A stretch of DNA of 63,567 nt, the filler included, from Cladosporium halotolerans (lineage: Eukaryota): NCBI RefSeq assembly GCF_011745625.1. It is 28 parts of 28 records of this genome, joined end to end, with 100 filler letters (N's around TTAATTAATTAA, not from the genome) between each part and the next. Parts side by side here need not be neighbours in the genome. Positions count along the whole stretch, not along the records: positions 32,186 to 63,567 come from NW_027191528.1; 27 more parts are not named here. One strand, given 5' to 3'. Positions 34,176 through 46,040 of the stretch are shown here, piece after piece; the first letter of the stretch is position 1, and every line of letters starts with the position of its first letter. The position numbers were made by a program, and so were the translations under genes. A model generated the notes under the pieces. That model saw only the letters and a program-made list of their open reading frames with translations, had not been told where the DNA came from and made no database searches.

Positions 34176-34688
34176 ATGGAAACCGTGCCCGCTCTGCACT
34201 CCCCGCGGCTCAGACTAAAGACCAGCCTGAGAGATCTGGAGGCCTGTCCGTGCACGCGCTGCCACGAGTCTCATGCGATAGACCGGCCGTGCCAGAAACG
34301 ACAGAGGACACCACAGAGCCCTCCACCAGCGCTCGCGCTCTCAGCGTCAGACTTCTCCTCGTACACAGCGCGCATCTGCCCCAGCACAGCGTCGCTCCCG
34401 CGGTCGCCGCTGAGCTCTTCGCCCGTGGACTCGGACAGCCACTCGACGCTGTCGTCGAGCTCTTCCGCGCCATCGATCAGAGTCAGGATACCGAAGAATG
34501 CGCGCCCGAGGACGCCCAAACTGCGCCGGAAAGTCTCGCCGACGGAGACGTCGCTGAGAGATATCCGCACGAACCAGCAGCGGTTGCAGGCGCAGCAGTC
34601 TGAAGATCAGCTGAGGCAGCTTTACGAGAGGCAGACGATGGAGTACTTGTACAGCGATTTCGCAAGCCTGGACACATTGGCGGGGTGA
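34176..34688 (+). CDS. Hypothetical Ser/Pro/Arg-rich protein (170 aa)
   Basis: ATG-to-stop ORF with coding-like GC content; no recognised domain. Confidence 0.55.
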   Translation: METVPALHSPRLRLKTSLRDLEACPCTRCHESHAIDRPCQKRQRTPQSPPPALALSASDFSSYTARICPSTASLPRSPLSSSPVDSDSHSTLSSSSSAPSIRVRIPKNARPRTPKLRRKVSPTETSLRDIRTNQQRLQAQQSEDQLRQLYERQTMEYLYSDFASLDTLAG

Positions 34689-35397
34689 AAGCGGGAGCAG
34701 GCACTGGCAGGCTGGCGATGCGAGTCTGCAGGGCGAACAGCGGCGTCTGCAAGGCGAACAGCGGTGCCTGAGGAGCTCAACGAGAACACGAAACCAGACG
34801 TGATGCCCGTCGGATGATTTCGGAGTTACACCAGGGTAATTGCTGGGTTTGGGTGCATGTATAAATAACGGCAAAGTAATAATGAAGAAACGGCCATTGG
34901 GACGCACGTAGGTGCTGTCGATTGCGCAACTTGACTGGTAGTGAGGCCGACATGCATTGAGAGATACCGGCAGGGCCTGTCTAGTGGAATTCAATCGTGC
35001 ACGCGATTCAAGCCGATATGGCAGGCATTGGGAGGGTCTAGAAACAGCAGTTATCGCTAGTTGTGCCTGTGGGACAAAAGTCACCAAAGTCTCCATACCA
35101 GCGTTCAAGGCCTGGAGGCACGAGGCCGACGCCTGCCTCGTGATTCGCCGCACGGCACTGCCTTCCAGCGCGCGAGCCAGGCCCTCCAGCGCCCATGCGC
35201 CAGAGCTCCACCAGCCATCGACCGAACAAGCAATATGCGCTCACTCTGCTGCATGCTCGCTTAGTCTGCACGCTGCAAAAAAACACACCTTCCCGTGAAG
35301 AGCCCTTGCTTGGCTGCCGACTTCTTCATCGCCCATTCCGAGTGCTGTACACCTGCCCTAGAGCTCGACAGACCTCCTTCGGTGGAGCATCGGCATC

Positions 35398-37945
35398 ATG
35401 AAGTACGCATATGCCCCGCAGCTCAACCCAATGCCAATGCCAATGCCAATGGCTCTCCTCCGCCCTGCTAACACCGCTCGTGTAGGTTCGGCCAGCAGCT
35501 GCGCAGCTCGCTGATCAAGGACTGGTACTACTACTACATCTCCTACGACGAGCTCAAGAAGAGCCTGGAGAAGGGCGTCTCTGGCTCGCAGCGCGGCCAG
35601 CCGAAACAGCAGGAATGGTCCGAGGAGGATGAGCAGAGCTTCGTGAACCAGCTGGAGCAGGAGCTGGACAAGGTCTTCACCTTCCAGAAGGTCAAGAGCC
35701 AGGAGATCATCCGCCGCATCAAGGCGAGCGAGAAGGAAGTCAACGAGGCGATCGCGCGCACCGAGGCCGCCAACGCGAACGAGAGCCTGCGGCCGGACGC
35801 GCCCACCGAGGACGAGTACCTGCTGCTGGAGGAGGACCTGTCCGACATCATCGCCGACGTGCACGACCTGGCCAAGTTCACCCAGCTCAACTACACCGGC
35901 TTCCAGAAGATCATCAAGAAGCACGACAAGCAGACGAACTGGCACCTGAAGCCCGTCTTCGCCGCGCGCCTGCGCGCCCGGCCCTTCTTCAAGGACGACT
36001 ACGACGTGACCGTCGTCAATCTCTCGAAGCTCTACGACCAGGTGCGCACGCGCGGCAACCCCGTCAAGGGCGACTCCGGCGCCGGCGGCAAGCAGCAGAA
36101 CTTCGTCCGCCAGACCACCAAGTACTGGGTGCATCCGGACAACATCACCGAGCTCAAGCTCATCATCCTGAAGCACTTGCCCGTTCTCGTCTTCAACCCT
36201 AGCAAGGAGTTCGAGAAGAAGGATTCCGCCATTTCGTCGATCTACTATGACAACCCAGATACCTGGGAGCTGTATGAGGGCCGTCTGAAGAAGACCGAGG
36301 GAGCCGAGGCTCACCGTCTGCGTTGGTATGGCGGTATGGAGACGGACACCATCTTCGTCGAGCGCAAGACTCACCGCGAAGACTGGACTGGCGAGAAGTC
36401 TGTCAAGGCTCGTTTCTCTCTGAAGGAAAAGAATGTGAACGCGTTTTTGAGGGGAGACATGACGACCGAGCAGGTGTTCGAGAAGGCTCGCAAGGAGGGC
36501 AAGAAGAGCAAGAAGGAAATTGACGACCTTGAGCAGCTGGCGAAGGAGATCCAGTTCCGCATGATCGACCGCAAGCTGGTGCCGGTCTGCCGCTCGTTCT
36601 ACAACCGCACTGCTTTCCAGTTGCCTGGCGACGCACGTGTGCGTGTCTCGCTCGACACGGAACTCACAATGACTCGCGAGGACAACCTTGACGGAAAGAT
36701 TCGCTCTGGCAACAATTGGCGACGCACGGATATTGGCATCGACTGGCCGTTCAGCCAGCTTCCGAAGGGTGATGTTGAGCACTTCCCGTACGGAGTGCTG
36801 GAGGTCAAGCTTCAGACAGCGGCTGGACAAGAGCCTCCGGCGTGGATCCGCGAGCTCACGGCGTCCCACCTGGTCGAGGCTGTACCCAAGTTCTCCAAGT
36901 TCATTCACGGCACAGCCTCCATGTTCCAGAGCAGAATAAACCTTCTGCCTTTCTGGTTCCCTCAAATGGACATCGACATTCGCAAGCCAGTCACCCACCG
37001 CTTCGGCATAGAGCGCCCCGGACACAGCACGGACGCCAGCACAAGCGCCGCCATGGACGACGACGACTCCGAAGACGAGCTGGAAGCCGAGGTGCAAAAC
37101 GGCCAAGCAGTCAACGACGACGACGAAAACACCCGCCGCCTGCGCGCCGCCCGCGACGCGCTCGAGCAGCACGAAGAAGAGCGCCACCTCGACTACGCCA
37201 ACGGCGCCGACCCCAACACCATGGACGAGGAAGAGCGCATGGCGCACCGCCCCCTCGCCGCCACCAACGAAGACTACCCTATCTACGACTCCGACGACGA
37301 GGACGACGACCTCGAGGAGGCCAAGCGCATCGGCGGCTGGCACTACCGCTGGGCGCTCACGAAGAGCTACGCCAGCGCCGCCGGCGACAAGCTCCTCTAC
37401 GCCCTGACCCAGGCGAAACCCGTCCCCAAGCCCACCGACATGCCCGCGCGCGGCGGCGGCATGGGCGTCCCCGCCAGCAACGCCGTGAGCGAGAAGCGCT
37501 TCAAAGCCCCCAAGGGCAAGAAAATCCACGTCCCCGTGCGCGTCGAGCCCAAGGTCTCCTTCGCCGCCGAGCGCACGTTCCTCTCTTGGGTAAGCCATCC
37601 CATCCTCTAACCCCACCCCCAACCACCTGACTAACATTCAACTCCCAGCTCGAATTCTCCATCATCCTCGGCTCCATCGCCGCGACCCTGCTCAACTTCG
37701 GCGACGCGATCTCGCTTGCGTCCGCCTGGGCCTTCACCATCGTCGCCTGCCTCGCCCTCTTCTACTCCATGGGCATCTACCTGTGGCGCGTCGACAAGAT
37801 CAAGCGCCGCGTCGCCGTCAGCTACCACGACAAGTGGGGCCCGAGCGCGCTGTGCTTCGCGCTCGTCGTGGCCGTCGCCGTGAGCTTTGGCTACAGGATC
37901 GCGAAGGGGTCGAGTGGCGGGTTGAAGGGGGATTTTAAGGGTTGA
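35398..37945 (+). CDS. VTC4: Vacuolar transporter chaperone 4 (polyphosphate polymerase; SPX-VTC-DUF202); exons 35398-35402, 35486-37589, 37649-37945
   Basis: [71 protein letters not shown]; two canonical introns. Confidence 0.96.
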
Positions 37946-39226
37946 TTTTTGAGAGGATGGGGGCCGTGGGGGATGGGATGTGATTGTATAGGCAGGCAGG
38001 CAGGGCATGTTTTTTTGTCGGGATCGGTTGACTTGTCGTTATCGTCGCTGTGGGCTGTTTGTTTGTTTACTAGAGGAGGATCTATCTGGCCGCGAGGCTT
38101 TTTTGGACTGTAGGTAAGGCTGTGATGTATAGCTCGGAACAAAAAGACAGGAAATACGTTCTACGACTGAAACCAGTTCATCGTCAACGATCTGATGCGC
38201 GCACGCACGCAGCAGGCGAACCCCTAGCCTCCCAGCTCCCTTCTCGGAGACTCCGTGGACCGTTCGTGCGGCTGACGCGAGCGAGCGAGCGCTCCATATC
38301 AGCCCCAACACAGTATCATATTAGCCGGTCGGCGCGAACGCGAAGCCCGTGTCTGCTACCCTACCCTACCCTTGCCCTGGGCTGGGCTGGGCTGGGCTGG
38401 TATCGCCATCCAGCTGATGAGTGGGTGTGTCCCTCAGCTGCAGTATTGGGTACAACGCAGCAGCAGGCGCGGACGTAAGCACCAGGGCTGAATCAAGAGA
38501 GTTAGTTTTATTGACTCGCGGCGCCGGTACGTGGGGTCGCAGACTGAGTCAGGCGACATCTTCATAGGGTGCGAGATCGCGCCCCGCCGACCAACCGCGT
38601 GTTTCGAAAATTGGAGACGCTGGGCCGTGGTTGGGGTTGGGGAGTCGGTGGCGAAGGGTGGCTGCCCTGTGCAGACGTGTGTTTGACCTAACGATGTGGG
38701 ACGAGGTGAGGGCTGTTCGGCTGCTGGGGTTGGTGAGATGTGCTGTGTGGTCCAAAGCGAGCGAGCGTCGGATCGAAGACAGCCCGACAACGGCGATTGA
38801 AGGAAGAGCGGCGGCCCGCGAATCGTCTACGTCCGTTACAGTACACCGCTCTCCACAGGAATGGGCAAGGACGGACAGCTGAAGATGTATGGTGCCGGCT
38901 GCATAACTTCCACACACAGTATACGAAGCAGGCGAATGGGCGGCGGCTCTGGCCCTGGCCCGGGGGGCCTAACGTCGGCATGAAGCCTCTAGGATCCGGA
39001 TGCTCAGCTCGAAGACTGGATCCACTCTGTTCCCCTCATGCCTTGTGGAGACGGCGCGGCGGATCCCTGCTTTTGTCGGGCTTGGGCCGAGGCAGGGTAG
39101 AGTACGCCGAGAAGGGTAAGGTAGGTGCTGGATATATCTTGACGTCTGTGCTGTGCTGTGCTGTGCTGTGCTGCTTGTTCGTTCGTTGACTTTGCCTGCT
39201 ACCCGATTCTGAAAGACACTTACGAC

Positions 39227-41217
39227 ATGGCTACTCAAGACCCGCTGGCTTCGCTTGAGGGCGATATGTTGGATGTTGCTCCGGGCGTGAAGCCTGTGAA
39301 TGGGGATATGAAGGCCACGGAGCATGTTGAGCGGCTGGCGAATGTTGAGGCAAACTCAGCGGAGAAGGATGGCAATGCTTCGAATGGAGAGGTGCAGGAG
39401 TGCGATGTTCTTGTTGTTGGTGCTGGGTTTTCCGGTGAGTATATGGTATCGGATACGAGACTCTGGGCTCAAATGCTTATGCTCGATCAGGCATTACCGC
39501 CATCCATCGATTTCGAAAGCAAGGGTTGAAGGTCAAGTGCTTCGAAGGGGCTTCGGGTTTTGGAGGCACATGGCATTGGAACGTGAGTCTGTCGTGATCA
39601 GACGAAAACTCACATCACGTCGACTGATCACAACACCAGCGATACCCTGGCGCCCGCGTAGACTCCGAATCGCCTTTTTACCAATTCAACATCCCTGAGG
39701 TCTACACAGACTGGAACTTCTCCGAGCGATTTCCTGACCACAACGAACTCCGCCGCTACTTCGCGCACGTCGACAAGGTCCTGGACCTGAGGAAGGACAC
39801 CACTTTCAACGCCAAAGTCAACGACGCGTCCTGGGACGAGTCGACTGGCAGGTGGAATGTGAAGACCGAGAGCGGCCATTCTGCGAACTGCAAGTACCTC
39901 TTCCTCGGAACCGGCTTGCTGCACCGCAAATACACGCCCGATCTGCCTGGACTCTCGGACTACAAAGGCAAACTTGTCCACAGCGGTTCTTACCCCGAGG
40001 ATCTCGATTGCACGGGCAAAAAAGTCGGCCTCATTGGAGCCGGCGCAACGGCCGTACAGATCACACAGGAGCTTGGCAAGGTCGCCGAAAACCTGACAAT
40101 CTTCCTCCGACGGCCGAGCTACTGCATTCCGATCCAGCAACGGAAGCTCACCGTCGACGAGCAGCGCGAGCTGAAGAGCTTCTACCCCGTCCTGTTCCAG
40201 AGCGGCCGACTCTCATTGACGGGCTTCCCTGTGACAGGCGTGGATAAAGGCGCCGTAGACGCCACGGAAGAGGAGCGAGAGGCGCTGTGGGAGATGCTCT
40301 GGAAGCGCGGAGGCTTCCAGTTCCTCCTCTCGGCGTTCAACGACACTCTGTTGAACCCTGAGTCGAACCGCATGGTGTACGACTTCTGGAGGAAGAAGGT
40401 CATGCAGAGAATTTCGGACCCGAAGAAGCAGGCGATCATGGCCCCGGAGAAGATGCCGTATTACATTGCGACCAAGCGATTCCCACTGGAGTCTGATTAC
40501 TACGATGTCATCAACCAGGACAATGTCGAGCTAGCGGATCTTACTGCCAATTCTCTGAAGACTTTCGAGGAGACGGGCATGAGGATGGACGACGGGACGC
40601 TCAAGGAGTTCGACGTTATTATCCTCGCCACGGGCTTCGACAGCTTTACTGGCTCTTTGACGAACATGGGGCTCAAGAGCAAAGATGGTGTCGACCTGCG
40701 CGACCTTTGGAAGGACGGAGTCTTTACTTACCTCGGTCTGACGATTGCCGGCTTCCCCAACATGTAAGTCAAACTGTATCCCCGTGAAAACCGATATGAC
40801 AATATGCTGACCGACATCCAGGTTCATGTAAGTCCCAACCAACACCAGCACACCACCGCCAGCTCAAACACTAACCCTCCCAGGTCCTACACCCCGCAAT
40901 CCCCCGGCGCCCTCGTGAACGGCATCACGCTCATCGAAGCCCAAGTTGAGACGGCCGCGGAAATGATCGCCAAGCTCGAGAAAGAAGGCGCCAAATCCAT
41001 CGACGCCAAGCACGAGGCGCAGATCGAATGGAAGAAGATGATCGAGGAGACGGCGAACTACACTCTGATCCCGCAGACGACTTCGTGGTGGAACGGCGGA
41101 AATATCCCGGGCAAGAAGGCGGAGGGCATGAACTATGTTATGGGGATTGGGGCTTATGAGAAGCAGTGTAGGGAGACGATGGAGGGATGGAAGGGGTTTG
41201 ATGTTGTGAAGGCTTAG
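39227..41217 (+). CDS. Baeyer-Villiger-type FAD/NAD(P)H monooxygenase (multi-exon)
   Basis: VVGAGFSG, GGTWHWN|RYPGARVDSE, YKGKLVHSGSY (variant FxGxxxHxxxW), IGAGATA, ILATGFD, GFPNM. Confidence 0.92.
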
Positions 41218-41434
41218 ATTGAGATGATGATAATAATCCGGTTGGGAATGGTTGAACGCCCGATAAATCTCATTGAGGCTCTAGTAAAGAACTTTCGGCT
41301 ATCATGGTAATGTGGACAAAGAATTCGCAGTAACGCTCAGAAGCAAGAATACCATCGCAAGCTGACATTTGCAAGCAGGGGACCTAACACTCAATGAACG
41401 CCGAGGAGAACGACAAGACAAGCTAAACCCCTCT

Positions 41435-42280
41435 TCAAAGTCTTGGAACAGCGGAACCGATGTTCTCAAGGGTAGTCTCCTCAGTGTTGCCAACAGAAGC
41501 GCCGGCGTCAGCAGCTCCGCTCGTCAGAGTACCATCGAGAGAGTCACCAGCATTGCCGACAGGATCGGTCACAGCGTTTACACCGGCTGCACTACCGATT
41601 GCCTTGAGGCCATTAGCAATCTTGTCAGCTTGACGGCGGACCTTGGGTATAGCAGAGCCAACGCCCTCGAGAGTTGACTCCTCGGTGCTGCCAATGGAGG
41701 CACCGGCGTCAGCAGCTCCGCTCGTCAAGGTGCCATCAAGAGAGTCGCCGGCGTTACCAATAGGGTCGGTCACAGCGCTGACACCAGCGGCGTTACCGAT
41801 GGCTTTCAAGCCATTGGCGGTGTTGTCCTCGGCGTTCTCAATTCCGTAGCCGATACCGTTGTCAGTGCTTGAAAGGATGGAATTGGCAGCAGCACCTTCA
41901 CCAGCAAGCTGACGGCGACGAACAGCCGGAGCTGGAGCACCGCCCTTGAGCTTCGTGATCAAAGCCGCGGTGTTATCCTCGGCGTTTTCAATGCCGAATC
42001 CGATGCCGTTGTCGGTGCTCGAGAGGATGGAATTGGCAGCAGCACCCTCGCCTGCAAGCTGGCGGCGGACTGGAGCGGCAGGGAGTCCACCCTTGAGGCT
42101 GGTGATGAGAGCTGCCGTGTTGTCTTCGGCATTCTCGATGCCGTAGCCAATGCCGTTGTCCGTGCTGGACAAGATGGAGTTGGCGGCAGCACCTTCACCG
42201 GCGAGCTGGGCGATCGGAGCAGCAACAACATTGTTGCAGAAAAGCAAGATTGCGGAGGCGATTGCGGGAGTGAACTGCAT
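41435..42280 (-). CDS. Secreted Kex2-processed repeat protein (signal peptide plus repeats separated by RR/RRR)
   Basis: MQFTPAIASAILLFCNNVVAAP; 3x QLAGEGAAANSILSSTDNGIG(Y/F)GIENAEDNTA; 2x NGLKAIGxAAGV..GDSLDGTLTSGAADAGAS. Confidence 0.9.
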   Translation of the reverse strand: MQFTPAIASAILLFCNNVVAAPIAQLAGEGAAANSILSSTDNGIGYGIENAEDNTAALITSLKGGLPAAPVRRQLAGEGAAANSILSSTDNGIGFGIENAEDNTAALITKLKGGAPAPAVRRRQLAGEGAAANSILSSTDNGIGYGIENAEDNTANGLKAIGNAAGVSAVTDPIGNAGDSLDGTLTSGAADAGASIGSTEESTLEGVGSAIPKVRRQADKIANGLKAIGSAAGVNAVTDPVGNAGDSLDGTLTSGAADAGASVGNTEETTLENIGSAVPRL

Positions 42281-42294
42281 GTTGGAGATGGAGG

Positions 42295-42523
42295 CTTGAT
42301 TTGATCATTGTTAGCCTGAGAATCTGACCCATTGCGTTGAAGTCAATGCTCACTTGTTGTAGGGTTCAATGTAGAGTATTCGAGAGGATGAGATGACGCG
42401 GATGCCTTCAGAGAGGAGAAAAGCAAGAGGTGGATGAGAATGCTGATTGCTGTTCCTGTCGCTGCTGAGTCTGATTGCTGTTGGTGCTGGTTACGATAAT
42501 GAATGAAACTGAGTCTTTTATAT
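42295..42523 (-). promoter_or_regulatory. TATA box (TATAAAA, ~42517-42523) and 5'-UTR intron (42295-42353) of the repeat-protein gene
   Basis: GTGAGC..GCTAAC..AAG ends 14 nt before the ATG; TATA lies upstream. Confidence 0.6.
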
Positions 42524-43989
42524 CTTCGCAGTGGTGTGCACGGCAGTATGCCATCGACGTCGTTGGGCATTTTGCCCAACGACATCGTCATCGCTGAGTT
42601 GAACGTGGCTTGCATATATTGAAGGTTGTTGAGCACCCGTATACTGTCCCCACCTCACCTGTTCTTGCTATACTTTAGCATAGAGAACTTATATCATTTT
42701 CCCTGGGTCCAAAGCTTGCTGCAGCGCCACACCGGCTTTAAAGAACTGCTTTGTTCCCCGGCCCCCATGGGGAGCCAAGAGTTGTTTGGAGTTGAATCAG
42801 AAGGCCTGAGTTCAATCTTTTGAAGTCGCAATGACGCGTCAGACCTATGTCCTTGACATCCACGTGTTCCTCACGTTGGCGATCGCCGACTTCTTGCTGA
42901 TCGTGATGATCACCACGTGGGAAACCGAAGGCATGCGGAGTGACGATCTGGAAATGCCCAGAAAGAGATCTGAGCTTGAGAAAAGCTTGACTGCACTTTG
43001 GACAAACCTTACTTCCCGGGGCAGGCGTAACAGCCAACTCTTTTTGACGCTTCTAATGGGCAGTGCGTGCGCTTGCGGGAGAATAAGTGTAAGTGGCTGC
43101 AATGTGGCGTCCCTGACGGCAGACCGATAGCCGAAGACAAGCACAATAAGCCTTTAACAAGCCTTTGATCTGCGCCATGGCTGCCTATCTTGAGATCAAG
43201 CTCACGACACTGAAGTCTGAATAGCGGCAGCTTTGCGTAGATGGCGCTGTGTGTTTGCCGGGATAGGTAAGACCTGGAAATGTAAGACGTTGGCCGACCA
43301 CGTGTGGGCGAGGGCGCGAAGAAGTTGAGCGGAGTAGGAGGTCCGTTTGAGGTTCACGGGAGATGCCACTCCCAAGTTGAGCGAAAGCAGGGAATCAACC
43401 CATGACGTCGATCTGAAGATCAGCCACTACTGCGCGACACAATAGCCTCCTACCCTGAGTATACTTGTTTGTCAGGGCAAATCGGTTGGCTTGTGCCGAG
43501 ATGCCGGGTTACCATGTTATGAAAATCATGTTACGATGTCAAAGGTAGGACGAGAACACGCTGGAGCGATCCACAGCCCCAACCGGAACGCGCTCACACA
43601 TGATCGAGAGCATTTTACATCGTGATGTTGGCAGTACAGAAATCGTCGTCATTGCCATTGCCGCTGTGAGTGGAAAGCACAAGGAAGTCGAAGCTGAGGC
43701 TGCGAGGGGTCAAACCATAAGGTACCTCCAGTTCCGAGACCCTTTCCTTCACAATGTGATCGACAACTGGGAGCTGCCGCAGGCCTATAGTAATGCTTCT
43801 GCATAACTCACTAGCTCATCGCCCGACCAGGGCTCGAACCCTAATCCACTCTCGTGCGGCTATCGGCTCGCAAACGTTGATCTTGCGCCTAACCTCCCGG
43901 AATGCGGATGAGGTGCTGTGCCTGCGGTTGTAATTGCCTCTCGAGTTGAACGGAAGAGCGCTGGGTGAACATTCCAAATCTCGGAGTGT

Positions 43990-44460
43990 TTAACGTTCGA
44001 CGCGGTTGACTTGAGGCGGTTCAACCATGAACCAGCAATTTTCACCACCGTCGTCCACAAGCTGCTTCCACGCCGTACTCCACCCAACACTGTTCTCCCC
44101 TCCCGAATCCCTGAGATCGGCTAGAGTTTCACAGAGACTCTCCAGCTCTTCCCTATCATCACAACGCGGCCAACCTTTCCATTGAACCCCTCTTCCTGCA
44201 TCATCGAGCCACTCCCTTTCGTCGTCGAGCTGAAATAGCAAGCTCGCGATCCTATCACACTTGTTGGCTGCCGTTCTGAGTATGGCATATGCAAGTTCTG
44301 CCCTCGCATTCCTTCTTGGGTGTCTGTATTCAGACGCCTCTGGCGTCATGTTGCGTTGTATCGCTACCCATTCGATCAAGGTGGAAAGACTTTTTAGGCA
44401 AAGGGCAAAACAATTGTGGTAGGTTTCCGCGCGGGTTCTCAATATCTCGGATTTCGCCAT
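43990..44460 (-). CDS. Hypothetical protein (start uncertain)
   Basis: Long ORF from MAKSEILR; no recognised domain. Confidence 0.35.
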   Translation of the reverse strand: MAKSEILRTRAETYHNCFALCLKSLSTLIEWVAIQRNMTPEASEYRHPRRNARAELAYAILRTAANKCDRIASLLFQLDDEREWLDDAGRGVQWKGWPRCDDREELESLCETLADLRDSGGENSVGWSTAWKQLVDDGGENCWFMVEPPQVNRVER

Positions 44461-44766
44461 GTGAGGGGTTGTCTGACGCAAGAGGCTGTTGAGGGAAATG
44501 CAGGCGGAAAGCTGGCACGTTACGGCGTTGACGAGGTGTGCAAGATGATGGACCTTTGCTTCGACGGAGACTGTTGGGTTGGCATACGCAGTCGATGGCA
44601 TTGTTGCAATGGAAAGCTTGAGAGGGCGTCAACGCTAGAAAGATTCGCATTAGAGTGAGGGGAGTGATGGAAGTTAAGAATGCGAGCCTCATTAGGGCCT
44701 TCATTAACGCTTGCGTGATATCGTAGGGTGCTTGTCTCCAGTGACTAAGACTGGTCACTCACAGTC

Positions 44767-45648
44767 TCATCGCTTCAACTGAGCAAACCTCTTCGCCAGC
44801 TCATCGACATCTGGGATTTTGCCTCCAGGCCCATCTTGCTTCCCTGCGCCAGCCTTCTTGCCAGCATCCTGCATCTTCTTCGGAGGTTTCAGATCTGGTG
44901 CGCCGCTGACCTTAGGTCTGACGTTGTCCGTACTGGGCGAGGGAGGCATGACAGACACTGGGCTCTTGGGTCCAAAATCCCTGGGTGGAGTTGCTTTGCT
45001 TAGATCTTCCGCCGCCAAAGGTGCTTCTAGGGGCCTCTCCTTAGCACCGCCTTCACCATCGTCCTCATCGTCCTCTTCTTCACCTTCTGCGTCTGCTTGC
45101 CTCTTCGCGAATGTACCAGGTGGCCAGTCAATGCCGTAGGCGTCCGCGATAGCAGACAAATATGCTTCCACGAGATCCTTCGGAGGCGGCTCGACTTTCG
45201 TTCGATCCAGCACCCGTTGCGAAATCTTATTGTCCGTGTTCTCAACCGCCTCCAGCGTGAACTCCTTCCCATACTTCTCCGCCAGCAGCTGCCTCACAAT
45301 TCCCAGCTCCTTGACACCCTCCACTCTCGGCGCCGCATAGATAATACTCTTCACAGCTTCCTCAAGCCCAGGATCGCACTCCTTCGCTTCCAGCAAACCC
45401 GCTCTCGCGCTCAGCAGCTCACAGTACAGCTCCAGGATCTCGAGCAGCTCGGTGTTCATGTCGGAGCGGATGATATTCTCGACGCGAATGCGCGCGGACT
45501 CCTCTTTGCCTTGCTCCAGCAGCTGTGCCATGGCGCGGCGCTGCTGCTTGGCCAACGCGGTGTCTTTCTGCTGCACCATTCGTAGTCGTGATATGCTGAG
45601 CTTGAGCTGCACCTTGATCTTGTTCACCAGAGTCGAGGAGGGTGCCAT
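44767..45648 (-). CDS. IST1: Ist1 / DUF292 ESCRT-III regulator of Vps4
   Basis: KVQLKLSISRLRMVQQK, ESARIRVENIIRSD, EILELYCELL, C-terminal MIM DELAKRFAQLKR. Confidence 0.95.
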   Translation of the reverse strand: MAPSSTLVNKIKVQLKLSISRLRMVQQKDTALAKQQRRAMAQLLEQGKEESARIRVENIIRSDMNTELLEILELYCELLSARAGLLEAKECDPGLEEAVKSIIYAAPRVEGVKELGIVRQLLAEKYGKEFTLEAVENTDNKISQRVLDRTKVEPPPKDLVEAYLSAIADAYGIDWPPGTFAKRQADAEGEEEDDEDDGEGGAKERPLEAPLAAEDLSKATPPRDFGPKSPVSVMPPSPSTDNVRPKVSGAPDLKPPKKMQDAGKKAGAGKQDGPGGKIPDVDELAKRFAQLKR

Positions 45649-46040
45649 GATGACGGTTCGGCCAGAGGCGGGGTTTGTCGCGATGATTTATTTTTTGCTC
45701 AGTGAATAGCTCCTCGACGGACAATAAGGTAGGTGGTGTAGGGTATAGTGTACCGTCGGCCTATGAGGGTGCCTTGTGGCTGAGTCGTGGTCTCGAATGA
45801 CGCTGCGGGGTGCAGAGTGGGGCAGGGCACTTTTGTGGAGGCTGGAGGTTCAAGAGTCGATTTTCCTACTTTGGAACATAATTAATGCAATTACAGCAAA
45901 TGGCTCCGAATTGCAGCAGAGTTTGAAGTTTGAAAGGTAGTAATCGCACTCGAATACTCATTCGTGTCTCATTATAGTGTGATTCAAGCCTAGTCCCGGC
46001 AGGCATCTTATTATATTACATAAGTATCAGGTCCAAGGCA

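Noticed and set aside
35358..37637. 759-aa minus-strand ORF and similar long overlapping ORFs (53814-54836, 46461-47333, 58911-59822)
   Set aside because: Antisense or off-frame shadows of GC3-rich real genes (VTC4, ATG9, ISC1, CDF).
38355..38400. (CTACC)n/(GGGCT)n tract with G-quadruplex potential; also (CTGTG)n at ~39147 and (CAATGC)n at ~35429
   Set aside because: Ordinary short microsatellites with no supporting evidence of function.
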